A DNA stretch of 64,000 nt, from NCBI RefSeq assembly GCF_000485595.1, contig NW_014577088.1, positions 288,536 to 352,535 of the forward strand. The letters run 5' to 3'. The notes under the pieces are model-generated. The model had not been told where the DNA came from and did not search any database. It was given only the letters and a program-made list of their open reading frames with translations. Below, in pieces: positions 49,337 to 63,152 of this stretch (positions are counted from its first letter, which is position 1; each line of letters begins with the position of its first letter). This DNA comes from Priapulus caudatus (taxonomy: Eukaryota). The translations under genes were made by a program, and so were the position numbers.

Positions 49337-49954
49337 TGACGAGAGCAGGAGAGAAAATAAGGAGAGACATGGTCAGAGACAGACCCAGGCAGGCAGACAG
49401 TCAGGCAGATCGACAGACAGCATATGAGAGCTAACATCACCGAAAAATGCACGAGTGCACAACACGTACGTCCACGAATCATTGCGTGTATGAAGCTTAG
49501 TGAATACATGTGTGTGTCGGCCCCAACCAGCCGAACTGTTACGAAATGAGCAACTCCTGTACTCCTTCCGACTCGACGAGAAATTGTAATCTCGTATCGC
49601 ACAGTGTTTTCGCCGTTCAGCATTTCGTGAAGATTGCTGCTGCCGCAATTTCCTACCGATTAACAAGAGCCGAATCCTGTGACGATTTTCGGCTACTTCC
49701 CCGACTATATGCTCGGCGCTTCGGCTCCCATAGGAATCGCAGCTTTCATCCGATAGCATTTGGGCTACATCTTCGTCCTAGTAGTCTAATTATCTGCCTG
49801 GCACAATGTTGGCGATCTCCCAAGATATTGCAATCGCGTCACCGTTCGATTAAACGCCCTCGCATTGCCTCTACGCCTTCCGATGCAATATGTACGTAAT
49901 TACTCGTGATGCACCGCGCACGGCAGAAAGGTGCTCAGTGTAGGCCTTTCTAAA

Positions 49955-50200
49955 CACAGGCACTTGGAGCGTTTCAATAAAATATAATGCTAAATAGATA
50001 CGAAATCGATTTACTACCAAAGTCTTAATGTTTCTATATTCTCTTTCACCTATTATTGCCGACAATTTCCTGTAAATGCCGTCCAAATGCTCATCTGCAA
50101 ACGCTGGCTGCCGCCATGGCTGCCGCTGCACACTGACAAATAAATATATAAATACACTATTACAGCATTATATTTTATTGAAACGCTCCAAGTGCCTGTG
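49955..50200. mobile_element. MITE with perfect 37-bp TIRs and 8-bp TSD TTTCTAAA (P-like CANAG termini)
   Basis: CACAGGCACTTGGAGCGTTTCAATAAAATATAATGCT and its exact reverse complement; TSD at 49947-49954 and 50201-50208. Confidence 0.85.
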
Positions 50201-50255
50201 TTTCTAAAGGGTTGTAATACCGAGTGTAGTATTGCCGCCGTATGAGTGCGTAGAG

Positions 50256-50444
50256 CAGGGGTTCTTAACCTGTAGTCCATGGACCCCTTTGGGGTCCGTG
50301 GATGGGCTTCAGGGGGTCCGTGAAACAGGCGCATGATAATTATTGTGTTTATTTTGCTTATGTGCATTTTTCTGGGGAGGGATCCGTAGCTTTCACCAGA
50401 TTCTTAAAAGGGGTCCATCACTCAAAAAATGTTCAGAACTACTG
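50256..50444. mobile_element. hAT-Charlie-type MITE, 8-bp TSD GCGTAGAG
   Basis: TIRs caggggttcttaac / gttcagaactactg; TSD at 50248-50255 and 50445-50452 with central TA. Confidence 0.9.
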
Positions 50445-53400
50445 GCGTAGAGGGTACGTGAACGCGAGTCGTGACAATACATATATACCGCGCGGTATGT
50501 GGTGAAGACTAGCGTCTTTTCTTATATATATCTTTTCGGTATTAACCGTTACATATCTGCTCCAGAGTGACGACAGCTTGCGCTGTGATCTGCATGCTGC
50601 TTGGGAAAGATACGCTCGACGTTCTCGGTGAAGATATCATTAGGCTCCATATATCTCTAATAGGCTTTCAAGGCTACCGTGGGCCATTTCCTGATAGGCG
50701 GAATGACATTTTAATGTCCTTGTCATTACAGGTCTTTAATTTCTCATGCGCTAGTGCTCAGAAAATTTTCGAACCCATTTCATTTTTCATATTATTGTAA
50801 CGCCCCCTGGCTTCAGGAGGCAGTCGGCTGTAATTTCGTAGGTAATGACCCCCGTCGCATATAAGCATGCACTTGAATGTGAGAATTCTAAACTTACCGC
50901 AATTTCATTGCCAAGCATAGTAAAATAAAGTTTAATTTAATTTAGTAATATTTAGCAAACATACGTCTATGACTGCGTTTACATAGTTAACTGAAATTAC
51001 GCTGCGCTTCCCCAGAATAAACGGTCCGTATATAGTCGGATCATACAGCCGCTCATGCGTTGCATGCAGATAGGCAGATAAAACACATACTCGGCCATCA
51101 TTAAAACGGTGCATATATAACACGAGTTATTTCGTTATTAAGTCTTATCAGGTTTTCCTATAGTTTATTCACGCATGGTTTCTGGCTAAATTTGCTGGAT
51201 TTCCGAAAAAAATGTGCACGGAAAACGAAAATCTAATGTGTATTAATAAAAACGAAAATTTCGTTAAAACCGCGATACAATGAAAATGTCGTCAAAGTCG
51301 CGTACATTTTATCGCGGTTTTTATTAATACACATTAGGTGATGCGTGGAGCGTGGAATGTAACAGGAGATCCGTGTCTTCTGGGATAGATGTAAAAGGGC
51401 ACCCATACTATATATATCTAAAGTATATCGCAACGCATTTAGTTTTGTATATTTCTGGCAATGTGTGATGGCACGGCTGCACGGTGAGACTGTATTGTGA
51501 TTATATGACATTCTCAAGGTAAATAACTGTGTCTAAGCACACCGCTATCACACCTTTACACGAACTATAACGTTGTTTCATGCCATGTAATTGCTCGCCG
51601 CAGGCATATATTGTTAGTCACACGTATGGATTCAGTCCCGCATTGCGATTTCCGGGATGGGTTAGGTTGGCTAGATTCTAGTCTCTGATCGACCCGTACC
51701 TGTCACTGCATGCTTTCGCGACTCTGCCACCATGTATAAACGAGTGCTTATATATTCCGCACGCCGACGCTACGCGCAGATACGGACATGTTATAGCACC
51801 TGATGATGACTCATCATCACCGTTATACGTCCTAGGTGATCAGCAGGCGCTGAAATAAATTTCGTAACTCAGCAACCACGACGCGATGGCTTCCGCTTCC
51901 GCTGCGATGATGAACACATCTCTCTCTCTCTCTCTCACTCTCTCTCTCTCTCTCTCTCTCTCTNNNNNNNNNNAACAAATAGTTTATTTATTTATTTATT
52001 TAATTAATTAATTAATTATATATTATTATTGAATGTACACCGTTGTAATATGTAAATTTATTCACTGAACCATGCATATTCAACATTCGTGGTAATCCCA
52101 CCGGTTTAGTTGATACTTGAAAAATGGTGGTCGAATATGTCGTATGATACACGATGGTGTGTGGCCTGTGCTTGTGTATGTGTGTGTGCTGTGTTGTGTG
52201 TGTGTTGTGGGTGTGTGTGGTTGCTGTGTGCCGTTGTCGTGGTGTTTGTTGTGTTCATGTGTTGTTGTGGCGTGTGTTGTTGTGTGTGGGTTTGTGTGAT
52301 AGTGTGGCTGTGGTGGATTGTGCTGTGTGGTGTGTGTGGTGTGTGGTGTGTCTCAACCGATGTGTGAGGTGTGTGTGCTGTGTGTGTGTGGGTGTGTGTG
52401 TGTGTCGTGTGTGTGTGTTGGGTGTGCTGCCGGGGTGTGCGTGTGTTGACAGTGGTGTGTATAGGATATATAGTAGAAAAGTTCTTGGGTTTCACGATAT
52501 CAGTTGTTAGATATATTATATATATATATATATTATATATATATATATATAGCAGCTTTTGCATGTTGAATATATGGGAATATTCCCGGGCAAAAATCGT
52601 GCAAGCAATTACGGGAGTTACTGACGTTTTTGAACTGCAATTCGCCAGTTTCGTTGGCAGGTTTCATCCGAATTAATGCGCACTGTGCTGTCGTGGCATT
52701 TCGCATGTTTGTCTGAAGCATACACTTTGTCGTATTTATATATTACTAGCGGAACCCGCAGCTAAGCGATGGGCTTAGTGCACCTGGATGCATGTGGTAC
52801 GCGACTGTCAATTACCAGAAAAGATAAAGAGAAGAGATTGACACTTGACATTGACATTTAACTTCATTATTATTATGCTATGTTTTGCGTTACAATTGAT
52901 TTGGGCCTTACAAAAATGGTTCTGTGCATGCAGCACGAACGTTGTACGACGGCGAAATATTAGCAGCACAACAGTGCACAGACGGCGAAATATTAGCAAA
53001 GCAAAGATATAGGCCCTCCGTATTTTCAGGCAACATATTTTTTTCATTTTGGTGTCTTTTGATAAGCCCGTTTTTGACCGTTTTCACCGAGTAAAGTTTA
53101 GAACGCCGTCCCGTGTATTCATCGATCTCTTCTTGAATTTGGCGCTATTTGGATTCAAAAAACTGACGGAGCCTTTCATTAACATACATACATACAACAT
53201 TCGCCAAATTATAGTAAGATTCGCGTAGTTCATGTAGTCGGTTTACTTCATAATCAGTCAGCAATAACTGTAAATGCAGGCGGGGGCGGCGGCGGCGCGG
53301 CGCGCTCATTGTTACAACGATACACCATGCACATGTCGTTCCTGTGCAGTTTTTTGTCTGCGCGGGATGCAAGGCCGTAACTTATCGATTTTGTTTGCGA

Positions 53401-55179
53401 CGACGTTTCCTATCGAGACTGTTATCGACAGCTGCTGACAGTAACGGTGTATGCGAGCTGGGCCAGTACTAATACTACAGGATACTAAGCCAAACTGGCT
53501 GCTATCACAATCAATTCGCGTGACGAGTAACTACATGCATGCATGCACCTATATGCGCAACCGTGTGCGAGAGGATAACGCGCATAAGATAAATACGACA
53601 TGCATATGGTCAACGTATAGTGGGACTCCGGAATATGCCACGTTGACAGCTAGAAAGGGGAAAGAGAGAGAGAGAGAGAGACGAAGAGAGAAACTGCGAG
53701 GCTAGGAGAGAGACCGGGGAGGGAGCAGACGAGAGGAACAGCAACGTCGAGAGAGGACGCTAGAGAAGACGTCCCCGGCAGAGAGCACGTCGCCAGAACA
53801 GCGTAGGAACGACTAGACCCGTCCGAGACGACGCAGTCCGAGAGACGAGACAGATGAAGGAGAAGATCGCCGAGACTCTCAGAGAAGGGACGAACGAGGA
53901 GGGGGGACTCGTGCGCATCTAGAGAGACGTAGGGAGACGAGGTCCGGTAGGAAGACGAGACGACGGCGCCCGCCCGGCACCGCTCTGGACCAGAGTCGCC
54001 ATCCCGGCGGCGGGACCCCGAGAAGAGGAAAGGTGAGCGGAGACATTCGGGAACCGAGGAAGAGAGGCGAGAGAGAGGAGAAGGGAGACGAGACGACAGG
54101 CGAGGAGAAGCGTGAGAAGAGAGACATGGAGCTCGAGACATATTAGAGACGGACGATGAGAATAAGAGAGGAGACCGAGAGATGACGAGAGGAACGAGAG
54201 AGACCTCGAGGCGAGACGAGGGAGCAGAAGCAACGAGAGGGTACTGAGAGAGAGAATGAGCAGAGAAGCAGACGAGAGTCAACAATAGACGAGAGTAGAG
54301 GAGCACCGAGAGCGCGACGGAGAGAGAAGGGTGGAGCGCTGAATGCCGAGTGTCTCGGATCGGCGAGAGTCGGCGACTTGTGGCGACACTGTAGTAGAGT
54401 CGTCGCCGCGGCGACCAGGCACAGACCCTGAGACCCTGGGAGAGCAACGGACGCAGCGGTGGCGGAGTTGGGAGTGACAGCCGTCTCGCCGCAGCGCCTG
54501 GCTCACAGGAGCCTTGTACTGGACGGTGCGCGGACAGAGACACGTCGCCTTTGTGTGGTACGATGAGACATGAAGCCTGGAAAGTACGAGAGTGGAGTAC
54601 ATCCTCCTCCGGATCTCATCAACTAGAGACAACGAAGAGAAGACGAAAAGAAGGGGAAGGACGGAGAGGGCGAGAGCTGAGGCTATCCTCGTCGTCCGGC
54701 GTGAGAGACGAGACTGACGGCAGCGTTTTAACGCTGATCCCTTTCCTCTCCTGATCGTACGACCCTCGAACCCACCCCCGATCCGCAGAGAGAGACGAGC
54801 CGAACTGGAGCGGCTCTGGAGATCGGTACCCGTCGAGAGAGAGACGGACGTCGGACTCCTTATCTCTCCCCGTACTATCCGCATAGGTCTCTCCCGATCT
54901 GGCGGCGGAGAAACAGACAAAGAGAAGATAGAGGATGAGTACGAGAGAAAGAGAAAGAGAGAGCGCGAGTAGAGATCGAAGAGAGAGCGAGACGAGCCAA
55001 GGAGAGAGGAGAGAGCTAGAGACACCCTTCGCCGGACCCGAGCAGAGAAGGAGAGAGACAGAGAGCTGAAGAGACGTGAGTGAGAGAGAGAGAGAGAGAT
55101 AGAGAGATGAGAGAGAGAGAGAGATGAATACGAGCAGAGATCGAGAGAGAGAGAGGAAGCAGAGAGATAGAGAGCAAGA

Positions 55180-58100
55180 TGTGTTTCATCATCGCAGGGT
55201 AAGCGGAAGTCCATCGCTGTCGTGGTGCGCAGTTACGAAATTATTTCAAGCTCCCTTCCGTGATGCAGCCTATGACGGTAACAGGTGATGATGAGTCATC
55301 ATCAGTGCTGTACATGTCCGTATCTGCGTCGTAAGCGTCGGCGGTCGGAATTATATTAAGCACTCTTTTTATTCACATCCGTGGCAGCCTTCCGCTCCTT
55401 CTCTTGTTAGTCGTTCTGCAATAAGCATGTCCGCCTTCCGTGTACATCCATTCTCTGTCCTGCTACCGTATCGACTCAGCTAGCACTAGTAGTACGGAAA
55501 TTTGTCTGCCATTCCGAGTACCAAAATGCTCCAGGTCGACGGCGAAATCGAAAATCTAATGTGTATTAAATAATAAACGCTACAGAGATCCTCCGTCTAA
55601 AACCGCAGAACAATAGTGACAAATACTCCGTGTCAACCGTGCTCGCTCTACATTTCGCGTGATCCGTCCAGGCAGATTTTGCTTCTAATACCTACATGTA
55701 GAACCCCCTTCAGTCGCTCATGCCGTACGACTTCCCTTCCAGCAGCTGTGGAAGTTGTAACACGCAGATCCGTGCTCTTTCGCTGGACATCAGAGTGTAA
55801 AATTGCACCATCCTCCTATCTCATACTACTATCCTAAAGTAATTATCGCAACTCGGCGCATGTAGTTTGTATATTTTCCTCCCGGCAATGTTGTGATCTC
55901 ACTGAGTGCTGCACCGCGTTGAGAACTGTATCCTTGATGCTATCCAATGCCACCATGTCCTCTCTCAAGTTACGTATTAATAACTGCTGTCTTAAAGCAC
56001 ATCCGGCACCGCTATCACACTCGTGTCACGCGACGAATCCTCTCTATTCACACAGTTGTTTCATGCCCGACACGGGCGGTATGATACGAGCTTGCTCTCC
56101 GACGCGCGGCCAGGACATATATTCTCTGGCTTCCACGGCACCCATCGCGTATACTGTCACTCGAGTTCCCGCAATTCCTTCTGCAGTTACTCCTTCCTAT
56201 TCAGTGGGCATACTTGCTCGTGAGTAGGTTAGGCTTAGGAAACCATCGTGAATAAACTATAGGAAAAACCTTGATAAGACCTTAATAACCGAAGATAACT
56301 CGTCGTTATATATGTCACCGTATCTAATGTACTGGGCGTCCGTAGCTCATTGTGTACTTATATCTCTGCCTCCGCCCACATCTGTCACTGCAAACGCGCC
56401 TGCTTCATGCTCAGATGTCCGGTGCTGTTTATTGATCCGACTATTATTACGCGACGGTTTCGTTATTTCGCAGTCCGCGGCCATAGGACGTCCACGCCCC
56501 GTACTTGTTCCAGTTCAAGATCTTTATTGTAACACACACCTCTACGTCACTAGACGCCTTATGTGCCCGCTATATCGTCACTTACTAATATTAAGGTATA
56601 CTAAACCTTTCTCTCTACCAGTTATTTCTTACTACCTCGAGCTTGCCGACTCACGCTCAATGCCAACCTTTCCGACGTAACAGCTCTTAGAACCTTTCTC
56701 ATCACTTCAATTGCACTGCTTATATGCGAATTCGGGATCCATTAACCTACGCAAATCTATCAGCGCCCTCTGTCCTCTACGACTGCTCCCTCCTGAAGCC
56801 AGGGCGCGTTACAATAATATGAAAGATGAAAAAGGTTTTCGAAATTTCTGCAGTCACATAGCGCCATGAGAATTAAGACCATATAATGACAAAGCACATA
56901 AAATGGCCATTCCGTCCTTATCAGTGAAATATGGCCCACTGTAGCCCTTGAAAGCCTTATTAAGATTTATATGGAGCCTCATGATTATCTTCACCGGAGA
57001 ACGTCGAGCGGTATCTTCTCCCAAGCAGCATGCGATCATCAGCCGCAAGCTGTCGGTGCACTCTGCGAGCAGATATGAACGGGTGTAATACCGCAAAGAT
57101 GATCTAACTAATAAAAGCCGCTGTCTTAACCAACATACCGCGCGCTGTTGGGTCTATATGTAATCATGTCACGACTCGCGTTCACGGTACCCTCTACGCC
57201 AGTAGTCGAAACATTTTGTGTAACTTCCCATCATGGACCCCTTATTAAAATCTGGTGAAAGCCTCGTATCCCTCCCAGAGAAAAAATGTGCAACATAAGC
57301 CAAAATAAAACACAATAATTAATTCATGCGCCCTTTCACACCCCCTGAAGCCTCCCACGATCCCCAAACGGGTCATGAGACCACAGGGTTAAAACCCTGC
57401 TCTTACCACTCATACCGGCGGCGTAATATACACTCGGTATTACAAACCCTTAGAAACACAGGCCACTTGAGCGTTTCAATAAAATTATAATGCCCTGTAA
57501 TAGGGTATTTATATATTTAATTGTCAGGTAGCAGCGGCAGCCATGGCGGCAGCCAGCGTTCTGCAGATGTAGACATTTGGACGCATTTACAGGAAATTGT
57601 CGGCAAAATAATAGTTGTGAAAGAGAATATAGAAACATTCAGACTTTGTACGTAAATCCGATTTCGTTATCTATTGAGCATTATATTTTATTGAAAAACG
57701 CTCCCAAGTGCCTGTGTTTATAAAGCCTACACTGAGCCACCTTTCTGCCTCTAACCTGTGCGCGATGCATCACGAGTTTAGATTCGCTACACATTGCATC
57801 CCGGAGCGTAGAGGCAATCCGAGGCGTTTAATCGAACCTGATGACGCATACTGCAAATATCTTTGGGACATCGCCATCATTTGCCAAGGCAGATTAATTC
57901 AGACTACCTAGGACGAAGATGTAGCCCAAATGCCGATCGCATGAAAGCTGCGACTCCTTATGGGATGCCGAAGCGCCGAGCATAAAGTCGGTAGCGAAAT
58001 CGTCACAGGATTCGGGCTCTTGTTAAATCGCGTAGGAAATTCGCGGCAGCAGCCATCTTCACGACAACTCCTGAACGCCGAAAAACACTGGTGCATACGA

Positions 58101-58383
58101 ACGGATACAATTCTTCGTTCGCACTTCGCGAAGGAGTACAGGAGTGCTCCATTTGCGTAACTTCTCGGATCTGTTGGGCCACACACATCATGTAGTCCAC
58201 TAACCTTCATACACGCAAAATGATTTCGTGGACGACTGTTTGTGCCACTCAGCTGCATTTTCGTGATGTTATGCTCTCAACATGCCTGTCCTGTCTATCC
58301 CCCGTCTGCTTGACTGTCTGCCGCCCTGCTCTCTGTCTTCGACTCTGTCTCTCCTTCTTTTCGTCTCCTGCTCTCGTCACCTT

Positions 58384-58415
<32 letters not shown>

Positions 58416-59995
58416 TCTCTCTCCGCGCCGCGCCCGCGCTGCCGCGTTCTCTCATTCCTTCTCTTCTCTCTCGTTCTAGCTTTTCACTCGTTCGCTTTTC
58501 CTCACGCCACGCAGTACGTCTTTCTCCGTCTGCGTCTCAGAACGCGCATAGTTAGGAAGTATACAGAATCCAATAACACGATAGTTAACAAAATAACTGG
58601 TCATCCTTAGCAGACTCACCGACTCCTCTCGTCATACGCTTTACCATTTACAATAATCTTAATTGCCTAAGCCAATCGGACACTTAACATGCTATGTCCC
58701 CTCTAATCTAGTAATAATCTCATTGAGGAATGAACATCTTTTCAGTATTAATTTCGTTATTTCGTTAGGTTAGAAAAAAACATATACTTGGGTACACTTC
58801 GCAGTTCTGATACCGAGTGAAACTAACAAGCATGTTGAGCGGCCATCCTTCGTTAATTTTACTTCAAAACGTATAAAGGGTTACACGTTCGCGGGGGAAG
58901 ATCTATAAAATATCCTGGCATCTTTTTTCTGGTCCGAGTAAGCGCGGTACAGTCGGCCGTCTCCGTTATCGACAGCGTGTAACGGTTAACCAAATGCACA
59001 TCGCCCATTTTATTGATTGAAACATTCTCATCGCCTACTCTGAGTATATCAATAGGCTGTATAATATCTGGCATCAGTTGGAATGTGTATTAGAATACTA
59101 TTCATCAGTCGGGCGGGCGCAAGCGACCATTTTCCGGATTCCAAGTAAAAAGCAATCGTAGGTGCCGGATCAATACAAATTGGTTTATGTAAATTTTGAG
59201 CTGCGTGGTTTCGTTTAAATTTTATTATACAGTAGAATTTGACCATAAAGTTTCGTAACGTTACCTTTCCATGAAGAACCTCTATACACTGTAAACGGCA
59301 TATATTACGAAGGTCATACGGCTGACGCATAAATGCGCAATGGATCTGCGAGACACAGGGCAGTACGCACTCTAGGCTTGCTCTATCGGTCGCATTGCCC
59401 TAAGTACAGTGCTTCCCCAGACTCGCGACGGAGAGATACGTATACTTGGCTACGTATGCGGTCACATACACGACGATCATCGTCTGAATTTACTCAGGTT
59501 CCTGGGGAAGAATTGCGACTTCGGAGTGCAGTGTGACTATGCAGTCCCTCGCTCGTAACCAATAGCCGGATCCGGATGTGAAACAAGGAAACTGGGTCGC
59601 TCTTCTTTTTTTGATCGCATGCTTTCACCATCTCTTTCCTCATCAATGTGAAGGGTGCGGCTGCCATAGTAATCTTACGCGAAATGAGAGCGACAGCGCC
59701 TACGTCACGCATTCGCTCATACTACTCATAGAATTTCCTGGCTCTAAACGAATCTACAATCATTCACCACCTAGTCGACTCCGACTCGAGCCGAACCTTG
59801 AATGCATGACCGCAAAACATGAATGACCAGCAAACACAACCATCTCGACTCGGCTCTCCTTGTTTTCAAGCTGAAGCACAACATTCCACGGCGAGCGCTG
59901 CTTCCACGCGACGGCAAGACCACAATAGCGCCTCTACGGTCGAGGCAGTATGACTATATATTAGAACACTTAATTACATATTAAGACACACTAAC
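55180..59995 (+). repeat. error-rich inverted copy of ~47790-51925 (probable long-read scaffolding artefact), preceded by garbled (GA)-rich sequence 53650-55180
   Basis: Colinear reverse complement including copies of both MITEs and the 47843-47914 exon, with dense indels. Confidence 0.88.
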
Positions 59996-62804
59996 GCTTA
60001 TATGTGTGTCAGTAACTATATACTATAACTATATTAGTGTGTAATTATATGTGTGTCAGTAACCTAAATAGTGTCTTCACAGGTTATCTTGAAAATAGAG
60101 AGAGATAGCCAAGACAACCGTGAAATATATACGATAATTAGCGTGAAATTAGATAGCCAATGAGATATCCCGTGCACGGGTATGCTTGCGTGTGGTTCTA
60201 AGGCGCTATATCGCTTGAGCACCGTATCAAGGCAATCTGTAGGTAGCCTGATAGTAATAGGGTTGTTCGATCAGTTTGTGCGTGATTCACTAACAAGAGA
60301 AGAGTCGTCAGGGTATCGGTGTTCAACCATAGACGCAGCGGCCACCTGCAAGTGGCTCATTACTGATTGCACGGCTCATTAGCCACAGCAAGTTTAACGG
60401 GTTGCAGTTACAGTTAGGGTTTGCAATTTCAAACCAGTCTCTCGCGTGTTTAGTCTCTGGGGCGTACGGACGTTCATGTGAACGGTTATACGTGCGCCCT
60501 CCCTCCTGCAGGCTACCTCGCAGACGCAAAGAGAATGCGACGTCCAGGCCTCCATTTCCGCGACAACCCAATTTCATTACAGGCTGCGCAATGCAAGGCA
60601 GAGTAATGTCCCGAATGATTTCGTTCCACAGCAATTATGCATCTATAGAATTCACATCCAATAGCGCACGTTTAGATCAGACGGCAAGATAAATACCTCT
60701 CATGTTACCGCTGATAGCTCAAAAGCACCATTATACAAAATGTATAATACAATAATAATTCTGTTTCACCCACACCATACGTTTGATGTGCGCAACTTTT
60801 GATCCGCGTCTGCTAAATGAATCTAAAGTATCTAACGAACCACGCACGCCCAGCGACGTACATGTTGATGAAAGTGGATTATATAAATTGTCTGCGCGTA
60901 TTACTTAATATGATGTCGAGACACAGTAGTATTGATTATGCCATCATGAATCGTTTTCGCCTGTTCGCTATTACCTCCCGCATCTGTGTGCTGTGGGAGG
61001 TACTACCGTTGACTGCGCTCACGATAAAACCGTATAGCTATTCTAACCTTTATACGGTGTAGTGTACACGACGTACCTCCGCTATCTCTGTCTGCATTAT
61101 ACAGGGGGCGGTGGATCAATAGATTTGGACGGCTGGCCAAGCAGTATAGTAAGTAGTTCTTTTCGTACGATCGCTGACCGTATGTCTTTACCTCCCAGCC
61201 CCGAGAGCTATTACATTCATACACTGCAATCACTAAAATTTAATATAGAAACCCAGAGCTCTTCCGAAAACATATTTAAGAAGAAAGTCGGGAATGCGAA
61301 GACGATTCTGACATGCATGCATGCATTCTGACATGAGTGCATGCATTGTAAGTTTGCCTGCGTTATGAACACGGGAAATGTATTGTTGAATCGCCAATCA
61401 ATTCGCTAGTTACGCGATGCGACGTTTAAGATCACGGTTTGTGGCAGTATAATATAAAATAGAAAATGGAAATAGAAAATTGTCTATTATGGACTCTTGA
61501 TAATATGCGCGCAGGCACCGACTCTACACAGGCTCTGAGACACGTCTTTTAATAGTTTTAAAAGGACGCGGACGCGTACGCTCACATTAGTAACATTTGG
61601 CCTAGCTTAGGCTATAGGTTGGAAACGATACAAACTCTTCCCTCGGTTGCTCACCGCGGTTTACACTTTAGCCGCTATCTAAGGATAGTCACCGTTAAAG
61701 GTGACTTTCCACATAACTTGTGGAAAGATGATTTTTAGAAAATGTTAGCTATTACGAGGTTGTGCATTTATAATTTGGAATTTATGTATGACTGGTGGGT
61801 GACTGACATGTGTTTCAGACTTTTGTCTTAATAATGGACAGATGTTATAAATGTGAAAAGATGATTTTGTGTTCTCCGCTCCTCACTTTTCCTGAAAGGC
61901 ATCGCATTTCTCGCAAGGGTTTCCAAGAATCGCGTTATATTAGTATTACTATAATTTAATAAAAATTAGTTGCATCAATTATACGCAAAAAATCATCCTT
62001 AATTAACATTATCATTACATAATTCTTCAGCGCCACATATGTATTGCAAGCCTCTACCTTCGGTCTGGAGACATCCTACACATTAAAACATAAGCCCCAT
62101 GTTCGGTTTATACACATGATCTGATGTAGTATCCAAATATATTTTTAGCAGTCACACCCAAAAACCTCGACATCACTACTTACTACACTGTAAAAGTATA
62201 GGCTCCCAACATGGTATCTTCTGTCGGGTTATAGACACATATCTTAAAGCTGCCATCTACGGAAGCATAATCAATAAACTAGTTATCTTAATCGAATCTT
62301 GTTTTTGTTTTACCGAAATCTCGGTATCTCCAAATCACATGATCATGGATTCAATCTATAATCCCCACATACATCGATGGCCTGCGGCTTCAAACTACAA
62401 TTACTGTCGCTATATAGAACACACAAAACGTAGCGCGCACGTACGCGTGCTTTCTACGCATGCACGTGCACACACCCGCCTAACTATGATTTGCGCACGT
62501 TCATTAAAGCAGATTGCTGCCAATAATGTTGATTTTGCCAGCCTACAATCTGACGCGCACGGTGTTGCATCACCTGATGTTGCAGGTGAGTGTAGATATG
62601 GTGTATCACTACTTCGACGTGCGAGAATATGCATTGCTGACGTGACTTTTGTTACATTGAATTCCCAAAATTTTAAAATACAGCATGCATTCTTTTGAAT
62701 ATTATATAATATATAAAGTTATATATATATATGTTTTCAACTTTAAATGTGTCTTATAACGGTTCATCGTATCACACGCGATAGATTGTGACAAGGGAAA
62801 TCCA

Positions 62805-63152
62805 GGGTGATACTCCATTAGGAGTGTTCCCAACTTTAATGTCATATTAATGGTTATAATAACACACACATATATATATATATATGGTCATGGTCATATA
62901 TTAGTTTGTGGTTTAGGGTTATGGTTAGGGTTAGGGTTAGGATTATCAATCATTAATCATTAATTATTAATCATTAATGATATCAAAGTTGGGAACAATC
63001 TTAATGTTAATTATGTCATGTCATTTAGGTTAGGGTTAGAGTTAGGATTAGGGTTAGGGTTAGGGTTAGAGTTAGGATTATCAATCATTAATCATTAATT
63101 ATTAATCATTAATGATATCAAAGTTGGGAACACTCTTAATGGAGCGTTAGCC
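62805..63152. mobile_element. Merlin-like MITE carrying internal (TTAGGG)n tracts; TSD GAAATCCA(G)
   Basis: IR ctccattaggagtgttcccaactttaatgtcat / atgatatcaaagttgggaacactcttaatggag; GG..CC ends; TSD at 62797-62804 and 63153-63160. Confidence 0.75.

Noticed and set aside
52106..52676. His/Thr- and Cys/Val-rich ORFs
   Set aside because: Noisy (TG)n microsatellite
53196..53267. 72-nt phase 0-0 minus-strand candidate exon for the SLC38A11 N-terminus
   Set aside because: No recognisable similarity, and the long-read join at 53650-55180 suggests this contig may be mis-oriented relative to the gene
53650..55214. 297-aa and 311-aa Ser/Leu/Arg-rich ORFs
   Set aside because: Garbled (GA)n-derived low-quality read sequence
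47790..59995. Large genomic palindrome with a second SLC38A11 5' region
   Set aside because: The second arm has the dense indel noise of a single uncorrected read and adjoins gaps and garbled sequence; treated as an artefact pending read-depth data
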